In this document: positions 1 to 4,819 of the stretch, one piece after another | Position numbering within the stretch: the stretch's first letter is position 1 | Layout of the letters: the number at the start of each line of letters is the position of its first letter | Virus record (IMG/VR): IMGVR_UViG_3300000289_000189 | From: a virus | Taxonomy: Duplodnaviria > Heunggongvirae > Uroviricota > Caudoviricetes | Strand: one strand, 5' to 3' | DNA: 6,952 nt | Program-made: the position numbers and the translations under genes | The notes under the pieces: model-generated | Told to the model about the DNA's origin: nothing | Database searches by the model: none | What the model saw: only the letters and a program-made list of their open reading frames with translations

Positions 1-1
1 C

Positions 2-463
2 GCAGCAGCAGGCGCAGCTCTGGGCGGCGGCGTGGGTTATTACATGGATGTGCAGGAAGCGAAGCTGCGTGACAAAATGCGCGGCACTGGTGTTAGCGTA
101 ACCCGCAGCGGGGATAACATTATCCTCAATATGCCGAACAATGTGACCTTCGACAGCAGCAGCGCGACCCTGAAACCGGCAGGCGCTAACACCCTGACCG
201 GCGTGGCAATGGTGCTGAAAGAGTATCCGAAAACGGCGGTTAACGTGATTGGTTATACCGACAGCACGGGTGGTCACGACCTGAACATGCGTCTCTCCCA
301 GCAACGTGCGGATTCCGTTGCCAGCGCGTTGATCACCCAGGGCGTGGACGCCAGCCGCATCCGTACTCAGGGCCTTGGCCCGGCTAACCCAATCGCCAGC
401 AACAGCACCGCAGAAGGTAAGGCGCAAAACCGCCGTGTAGAAATTACCTTAAGCCCGCTGTAA
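2..463 (+). CDS. yiaD: OmpA-family peptidoglycan-associated lipoprotein YiaD, C-terminal portion (5' end lies upstream of the window)
   Basis: Open frame from window position 2 (frame of ORF 32..463) with no upstream stop; translation ...AAAGAALGGGVGYYMDVQEAKLRDKMRGTGVSVTRSGDNIILNMPNNVTFDSSSATLKPAGANTLTG...NRRVEITLSPL matches the OmpA-like C-terminal domain of E. coli YiaD as I recall it (NRRVEI motif); stop TAA at 461-463, then a hairpin terminator. Confidence 0.88.
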   Translation, partial: AAAGAALGGGVGYYMDVQEAKLRDKMRGTGVSVTRSGDNIILNMPNNVTFDSSSATLKPAGANTLTGVAMVLKEYPKTAVNVIGYTDSTGGHDLNMRLSQQRADSVASALITQGVDASRIRTQGLGPANPIASNSTAEGKAQNRRVEITLSPL

Positions 464-473
464 TCCCTTTCAT

Positions 474-512
474 GCCAGGTGATGCAGAAATCACCTGGCA
501 TTCTTCAGTTTT
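474..512 (+). terminator. Rho-independent terminator downstream of yiaD
   Basis: Perfect 10-bp inverted repeat GCCAGGTGAT (474-483) / ATCACCTGGC (490-499) with a 6-nt loop, followed by the T-rich run TTCTTCAGTTTT (501-512). Confidence 0.7.
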
Positions 513-566
513 CCTTCATCATATTTCAGGCTAAGGTGATCGCCTTATCAGTGAATGGAGAGAAGC

Positions 567-1677
567 ATGAAGCCGTCCGTTATCCTCTACAAAGCCTTAC
601 CTGATGATTTACTGCAACGCCTGCAAGAGCATTTCACCGTTCACCAGGTGGCAAACCTCAGCCCACAAACCGTCGAACAAAATGCAGCAATTTTTGCCGA
701 AGCTGAAGGTTTACTGGGTTCAAACGAGAATGTTGATGCCGCATTGCTGGAAAAAATGCCGAAACTGCGTGCCACATCAACGATCTCCGTCGGCTATGAC
801 AATTTTGATGTCGATGCGCTTACCGCCCGAAAAATTCTGCTGATGCACACGCCAACCGTATTAACAGAAACCGTCGCCGATACGCTGATGGCGCTGGTGT
901 TGTCTACCGCTCGTCGGGTTGTGGAGGTAGCAGAACGGGTAAAAGCAGGCGAATGGACCGCGAGCATAGGCCCGGACTGGTACGGCACTGACGTTCACCA
1001 TAAAACACTGGGCATTGTCGGGATGGGACGGATCGGTATGGCGCTGGCACAACGTGCGCACTTTGGCTTCAACATGCCCATCCTCTATAACGCGCGCCGC
1101 CACCATAAAGAAGCAGAAGAACGCTTCAACGCCCGCTACTGCGATTTGGATACTCTNNNNNNNNNNNNNNNNNNNNNNNNNNNNNNNNNNNNNNNNNNNN
1201 NNNNNNNNNNNNNNNNNNNNNNNNNNNNNNNNNNNNNNNNNNNNNNNNNNNNNNNNNNNNNNNNNNNNNNNNNACGCATCATCTGTTTGGCGCAGAACAA
1301 TTCGCCAAAATGAAATCCTCCGCCATTTTCATTAATGCCGGACGTGGCCCGGTGGTTGATGAAAATGCACTGATTGCTGCATTGCAGAAAGGCGAAATTC
1401 ACGCCGCCGGGCTGGATGTCTTCGAACAAGAGCCACTGTCCGTAGATTCGCCGTTGCTNNNNNNNNNNNNNNNNNNNNNNNNNNNNNNNNNNNNNNNNNN
1501 NNNNNNNNNNNNNNNNNNNNNNNNNNNNNNNNNNCCAACGTCGTCGCAGTACCGCATATTGGATCTGCCACCCATGAGACGCGTTATGGCATGGCCGCCT
1601 GTGCCGTGGATAATTTGATTGATGCGTTACAAGGAAAGGTTGAGAAGAACTGTGTGAATCCGCACGTCGCGGACTAA
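567..1677 (+). CDS. ghrB: Glyoxylate/hydroxypyruvate reductase B (D-isomer-specific 2-hydroxyacid dehydrogenase); interrupted by two N-runs (1157-1273, 1459-1534) with frame changes
   Basis: Start ATG 567 ([14 protein letters not shown]...) preceded by GGAG at 557-560; the ORF-track start at 555 lacks a Shine-Dalgarno. Translation contains the Rossmann NAD(P)-binding motif [16 protein letters not shown]. Three visible segments are in frames 0, 2 and 1 (567-1156, 1274-1458, 1535-1677) and together read as GhrB; stop TAA at 1675-1677 (...CVNPHVAD*). Confidence 0.88.
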
Positions 1678-1779
1678 GCCGCGACTGCGTGAAGTAAAGC
1701 CCGATAATCGCTCGGGCTTTTACTCTTTATTGGGTTGCAGTAACTGCTGTAGTCCAGGCCTGATTAAACGCCTGATGTT
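1668..1779. repeat. Copy 1 of a 112-bp direct duplication (ghrB 3' end, intergenic terminator, yiaF 3' end), ending at the 10-N run
   Basis: 1668-1779 aligns base for base with 1790-1901 (offset 122) except A/G at 1692 vs 1814 and T/A at 1745 vs 1867. Confidence 0.9.
1696..1731. terminator. Bidirectional rho-independent terminator between convergent ghrB and yiaF (in copy 1 of the duplication)
   Basis: Stem AAAGCCCGA (1696-1704) / TCGGGCTTT (1712-1720), 7-nt loop, with a T-rich tail (1721-1731) on the + strand; the A-run inside the 5' arm gives a U-run for the minus-strand transcript. Confidence 0.6.
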
Positions 1780-1789
1780 NNNNNNNNNN
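1780..1789. other. 10-N gap flanked directly by the duplicated 112-bp segment (probable scaffold gap)
   Basis: Exactly ten Ns; the left flank ends with ...CCTGATGTT and the right flank restarts with CGCGGACTAAG..., i.e. the same 112 bp on both sides. Confidence 0.6.
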
Positions 1790-1901
1790 CGCGGACTAAG
1801 CCGCGACTGCGTGGAGTAAAGCCCGATAATCGCTCGGGCTTTTACTCTTTATTGGGTTGCAGTAACAGCTGTAGTCCAGGCCTGATTAAACGCCTGATGT
1901 T
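1790..1901. repeat. Copy 2 of the 112-bp direct duplication, continuous with the full-length yiaF
   Basis: See copy 1. Copy 2 continues rightward into an uninterrupted yiaF reading frame on the minus strand. Confidence 0.9.
1818..1853. terminator. Bidirectional rho-independent terminator downstream of yiaF (copy 2 of the duplicated hairpin)
   Basis: Same hairpin as 1696-1731 shifted by 122 nt; the yiaF stop (TAA on minus, 1849-1851) sits at the edge of the U-rich tail. Confidence 0.6.
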
Positions 1902-2559
1902 GTGCCGGTAATGGCGCAATCAGTTTGTTATATTCACTTGCCTGCTGTGAAGTCGGGAACTGGATGCCATTTGCGACAAAGCTCACCTGAGTACCTTGCT
2001 GAGCAATGTAGTCTCCAACCATCACCAGTTGTTGCGTGAAAGTTTGTGCCGCCGGAATCAACGGTTGCAATGCATCAGCTGGCGTCGTTACCACTTTGGT
2101 GAATGCCTGATCAAAGACCGGTTTCAAATCATCGGTCTGTTTTAGCGCAGAGTGCGCAGCATCGGCCTGCAACTTCGCATTTTGCAGTTGTTGCGCCAGC
2201 ACACCCAGCGAACCGTTCATTTCACGCAGCGGACCGCTTTGCGTAACGTAATCCTGCGGTACGCGAATTGCGTTAACGCTGTCTACGACCGGGCGCAGAC
2301 CGGAATCCATCGCCTGATTCACCTGCTGAGAATAACCATACAGAATCGCGTAATCAGAGACAAAAGGACCAAACTGTTTTTTCTGATCGGCAGTCAGGGT
2401 TGGTAGACGTTCACCGCTACGCATCACTGTATTCTGCAGGAAGTCGATAAACGCTTTACGCTGATCGCCTTCTTTATCAAAACACCCACTCAGGCTAACT
2501 ACCATTAATAACGCCGCAAGAGGCGCAAACCAGCGAGAGCAGGACTTTCCTGTCGCCAT
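1849..2559 (-). CDS. yiaF: Predicted lipoprotein YiaF (uncharacterised); 236 aa
   Basis: Minus-strand ORF 1849..2679. Preferred start is the internal ATG at 2557-2559 (MATGKSCSRWFAPLAALLMVVSLSGCFDKEG...), preceded by AGGAG (complement of 2567-2571) with a 7-nt spacer. The N-terminus has a signal peptide with lipobox LSGC. Translation matches E. coli YiaF as I recall it. Confidence 0.85.
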   Translation of the reverse strand: MATGKSCSRWFAPLAALLMVVSLSGCFDKEGDQRKAFIDFLQNTVMRSGERLPTLTADQKKQFGPFVSDYAILYGYSQQVNQAMDSGLRPVVDSVNAIRVPQDYVTQSGPLREMNGSLGVLAQQLQNAKLQADAAHSALKQTDDLKPVFDQAFTKVVTTPADALQPLIPAAQTFTQQLVMVGDYIAQQGTQVSFVANGIQFPTSQQASEYNKLIAPLPAQHQAFNQAWTTAVTATQ

Positions 2560-3061
2560 TTTCTTACTCCTTTCACCCAAAAAAAGCGCACAACGACACA
2601 CGCGTGTCTGACGTGACAAGGATAGTCCAGGACAGGCTTGCAGGATACCCTTTCTACGTAATCTTCCTGGTAAAATCATGGAGAAAATGAAACAAGGTTA
2701 ATTTGTTGTTTCATTGTTAAAAAATGATATTGCCGTTGCCTTTTTTGTAGCCAGAGATTTACGCCTTCGCAGAACGTTAGATTTTCGAAATCTTTACAAA
2801 CCGGGAGTGGTAAGAGATATATCGGCATTTATCAGATCGTTAGGTGGCTATAAGTCANNNNNNNNNNNNNNNNNNNNNNNNNNNNNNNNNNNNNNNNNNN
2901 NNNNNNNNNNNNNNNNNNNNNNNNNNNNNNNNNNNNNNNNNNNNNNNNNNNNNNNNNNNNNNNNNNNNNNNNNNNNNNNNNNNNNNNNNNNNNNNNNNNN
3001 NNNNNNNNNNNNNNNNNNNNNNNNNNTTCACGATCCCGCAGTGTGATTTGAGGAGTTTTCA

Positions 3062-3429
3062 ATGGAATATAAAGATCCAATGCATGAGCTGTTGAGCAGC
3101 CTGGAACAGATTGTTTTTAAAGATGAAACGCAGAAAATTACCCTGACGCACAGAACAACGTCCTGTACCGAAATTGAGCAGNNNNNNNNNNNNNNNNNNN
3201 NNNNNNNNNNNNNNNNNNNNNNNNNNNNNNNNNNNNNNNNNNNNNNNNNNNNNNNNNNNNNNNAAAAGGGACAGGGTTAAAAATCGATGATTTCGCCCGG
3301 GTTTTGGGCGTATCAGTCGCCATGGTAAAGGAATGGGAATCCAGACGCGTGAAGCCTTCAAGTGCCGAACTAAAATTGATGCGTTTGATTCAAGCCAACC
3401 CGGCATTAAGTAAGCAGTTGATGGAATAG
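3062..3429 (+). CDS. yiaG: HTH-type (Cro/C1, XRE-like) transcriptional regulator YiaG; interrupted by N-run 3182-3263 with a frame change
   Basis: ATG 3062 preceded by GAGGAG (3050-3055). N-terminal segment MEYKDPMHELLSSLEQIVFKDETQKITLTHRTTSCTEIEQ (frame 2). C-terminal segment from 3265, KGTGLKIDDFARVLGVSVAMVKEWESRRVKPSSAELKLMRLIQANPALSKQLME*, in frame 1 with helix-turn-helix character; stop TAG at 3427-3429. Confidence 0.82.
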
Positions 3430-3559
3430 ACTTTTATCCACTTTATTGCTGTTTACGGTCNNNNNNNNNNNNNNNNNNNNNNNNNNNNNNNNNNNNNNNN
3501 NNNNNNNNNNNNNNNNNNNNNNNNNNNNNNNNNNNNNNNNNNNNNNNNNNNNNNNNNNN

Positions 3560-3620
3560 AATCATAAATATGAAAAATAATTGTTGCATCACCCGCCAAT
3601 GCGTGGCTTAATGCACATCA
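3560..3620 (+). promoter_or_regulatory. cspA: cspA promoter: AT-rich UP element, -35 TTGCAT (3584-3589), 17-nt spacer, -10 CTTAAT (3607-3612)
   Basis: Hexamers and spacing read directly. The AT-rich tract 3560-3583 lies immediately upstream of the -35. The predicted transcription start near 3621 (ACGGTTTGACGTACAGACC...) gives a 159-nt leader, consistent with the known cspA 5' UTR. Confidence 0.75.
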
Positions 3621-3779
3621 ACGGTTTGACGTACAGACCATTAAAGCAGTGTAGTAAGGCAAGTCCCTTCAAGAGTTATCGTTGATACCCCTCGTAGTGC
3701 ACATTCCTTTAACGCTTCAAAATCTGTAAAGCACGCCATATCGCCGAAAGGCACACTTAATTATTAAAGGTAATACACT
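3621..3779 (+). promoter_or_regulatory. cspA: cspA long 5' UTR (about 159 nt) with the cold-box element TGACGTACAGA at 3627-3637
   Basis: The cold-box sequence is present near the 5' end of the leader, and the leader runs to the cspA ATG at 3780 with a weak SD (AAGG, 3767-3770). The cspA leader is an established RNA thermosensor. Confidence 0.75.
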
Positions 3780-3992
3780 ATGTCCGGTAAAATGACTGGT
3801 ATCGTAAAATGGTTCAACGCTGACAAAGGCTTCGGCTTCATCACTCCTGACGATGGCTCTAAAGACGTGTTCGTACACTTCTCTGCTATCCAGAACGATG
3901 GTTACAAATCTCTGGACGAAGGTCAGAAAGTGTCCTTCACCATCGAAAGCGGCGCTAAAGGCCCGGCAGCTGGTAACGTAACCAGCCTGTAA
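3780..3992 (+). CDS. cspA: Major cold-shock protein CspA (70 aa)
   Basis: Translation [70 protein letters not shown] matches E. coli CspA as I recall it; cold-shock domain RNP1/RNP2 motifs KGFGFI and VFVHF; stop TAA 3990-3992. Confidence 0.97.
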
Positions 3993-4019
3993 TCTCTGCT
4001 TAAAAGCACAGAATCTAAG

Positions 4020-4057
4020 ATCCCTGCCATTTGGCGGGGATTTTTTTATTTGTTTTT
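4020..4057 (+). terminator. Rho-independent terminator of cspA
   Basis: Stem ATCCCTGCC (4020-4028) / GGCGGGGAT (4033-4041) with one G-U pair and a 4-nt loop, followed by TTTTTTTATTTGTTTTT (4042-4057). Confidence 0.8.
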
Positions 4058-4140
4058 CAGGAAATAAATAATCGATCGCGTAATAAAATCTAGTATTATT
4101 TTTGTGAAAAATAAATTTGGGTGCAATGAGAATGCGCAAC

Positions 4141-4171
4141 GCCGTAAGAAAGGCGGGAATAACTTCCCGCC
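4141..4171 (-). terminator. Putative 3' terminator hairpin of the hokA transcript
   Basis: Perfect 8-bp stem GGCGGGAA (4152-4159) / TTCCCGCC (4164-4171) with loop TAAC; on the minus strand it is followed by TTTCTT (complement of 4146-4151). It lies 3' of hokA, but the hokA stop codon is hidden in N-run 4187-4289, so the spacing is unknown. Confidence 0.4.
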
Positions 4172-4289
4172 GAAGACTCTAACTCTNNNNNNNNNNNNNN
4201 NNNNNNNNNNNNNNNNNNNNNNNNNNNNNNNNNNNNNNNNNNNNNNNNNNNNNNNNNNNNNNNNNNNNNNNNNNNNNNNNNNNNNNNNN

Positions 4290-4419
4290 AAAACGCCGCC
4301 AGCTCATAACTCTCCTGTTTAATATGCAATTCACACAGTGAATCTCTTATCATCCAGGTGAAAAATAAAAGCGTGAAACAAATCACTATTAAAGAAAGTA
4401 ATCTATATTTCTGCGGCAT
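4290..4419 (-). CDS. hokA: Hok-family type I toxin HokA, visible N-terminal 43 codons (C-terminus and stop hidden in N-run 4187-4289)
   Basis: Minus-strand translation from ATG (complement of 4417-4419): MPQKYRLLSLIVICFTLLFFTWMIRDSLCELHIKQESYELAAF..., a Hok/Gef-family small membrane toxin with a hydrophobic transmembrane stretch; G-rich SD-like run just upstream; genomic context between cspA and glyS matches the known hokA locus. Confidence 0.8.
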
Positions 4420-4479
4420 TCCCAGCCCCCTGTGTTGATTTCCAACGAGTAAGAGGCTAACCTTATGGTGTTCAGGCAT
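4420..4479 (-). other. mok-like upstream reading frame, in frame with hokA (MPEHHKVSLLLVGNQHRGLG-)
   Basis: ATG at complement of 4477-4479 with SD GAGG about 7 nt upstream (complement of 4487-4490); no stop before the hokA ATG in the same frame. In hok/sok systems hok translation is coupled to an upstream mok frame. Confidence 0.4.
4435..4463 (+). promoter_or_regulatory. Candidate promoter for the Sok-like antisense RNA (sokA): -35 TTGATT (4435-4440), 17-nt spacer, -10 TAACCT (4458-4463)
   Basis: Hexamers read directly on the + strand, antisense to the mok/hokA leader, firing away from hokA across the mok translation-initiation region, which is where Sok promoters sit in hok/sok loci. The -10 is weak and there is no experimental support. 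Confidence 0.3.
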
Positions 4480-4540
4480 AGGGTAGCCTCACTTTGATTT
4501 ATAGTCAGGTGGGGCTTTTCTCTGTCTGCCTTTCGGTGAA
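4470..4540 (+). ncRNA. sokA: Putative SokA antisense RNA (extent approximate)
   Basis: Inferred from the candidate promoter and hok/sok architecture; the region is complementary to the mok SD and start. No clean intrinsic terminator was identified, so the 3' end is a guess. Confidence 0.25.
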
Positions 4541-4776
4541 TACCTGAGACAAACAGTCTCAAGCACCCGTGGCTATTCTAGCNNNNNNNNNNNNNNNNNN
4601 NNNNNNNNNNNNNNNNNNNNNNNNNNNNNNNNNNNNNNNNNNNNNNNNNNNNNNNNNNNNNNNNNNNNNTTTCTTCTCCTTGATATAATCCTAAAAAAAC
4701 CTCATAAAATTAATATATGAGATAATCTTTATTCAGCAGAAGATTATTAAAGGTTGCTGTATTATTTAGCGATAAT

Positions 4777-4806
4777 AAAAAAAGCCTGCCAGATGGCAGG
4801 CTTTTT
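4777..4806. terminator. Bidirectional rho-independent terminator 14 nt downstream of the glyS stop
   Basis: 10-bp perfect stem AAGCCTGCCA (4782-4791) / TGGCAGGCTT (4794-4803), flanked by an A-run (4777-4783) and a T-run (4802-4806). Confidence 0.7.
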
Positions 4807-4819
4807 AATAACGGCGTTA

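Noticed and set aside
555-566. Upstream ATG at 555 as the ghrB start (MERSMKPS...)
   Set aside because: No Shine-Dalgarno upstream of 555, whereas GGAG at 557-560 is correctly spaced for ATG 567; the protein beginning MKPSVILYK matches GhrB.
604-1106. Alternative-frame ORFs inside ghrB (604..843 +, 794..988 -, 861..1106 -)
   Set aside because: They overlap a confidently identified gene in other frames or on the opposite strand, with no independent support.
1668-1901. Duplicated segment as a CRISPR array or other repeat array
   Set aside because: Only two copies of a 112-bp unit carrying gene ends and a terminator; no short repeat/spacer periodicity and no cas genes.
2560-2679. 40-codon N-terminal extension of the yiaF ORF (MILPGRLRRKGILQACPGLSLSRQ...)
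   Set aside because: The internal ATG at 2557-2559 has a strong AGGAG SD and starts a canonical lipoprotein signal peptide; the extension is arginine/cysteine-rich with no SD and is probably untranslated leader.
2678-2701. Tiny ORF MEKMKQG* in the yiaF-yiaG intergenic region
   Set aside because: Seven codons, overlapping the inverted repeat; no evidence for translation; more simply read as part of the regulatory region.
2714-3095. ORFs 2714..3046 (+), 2832..3080 (-) and 2844..3095 (+) upstream of yiaG
   Set aside because: Most of their length is Xs translated from N-run 2858-3026; they are artefacts of reading through masked sequence. The same applies to 1015..1335, 1136..1429, 1332..1571, 3059..3406, 3138..3323, 4104..4322 and 6307..6507.
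3717-4139. 140-aa ORF on the minus strand overlapping cspA
   Set aside because: Antisense to the cspA coding region and 5' UTR; no SD; cspA is clearly the real gene.
4546-4560. Short hairpin GAGAC-AAACA-GTCTC upstream of mok
   Set aside because: Only a 5-bp stem with no U-tract on either strand; it may be part of hok mRNA secondary structure but there is not enough to call a feature.
4420-4819. Possible insertion sequence (IS150-like) between hokA and glyS
   Set aside because: No transposase-like ORF and no terminal inverted repeats are visible; the interval is too short for an IS unless the 87-N run hides one, which cannot be excluded from sequence alone.
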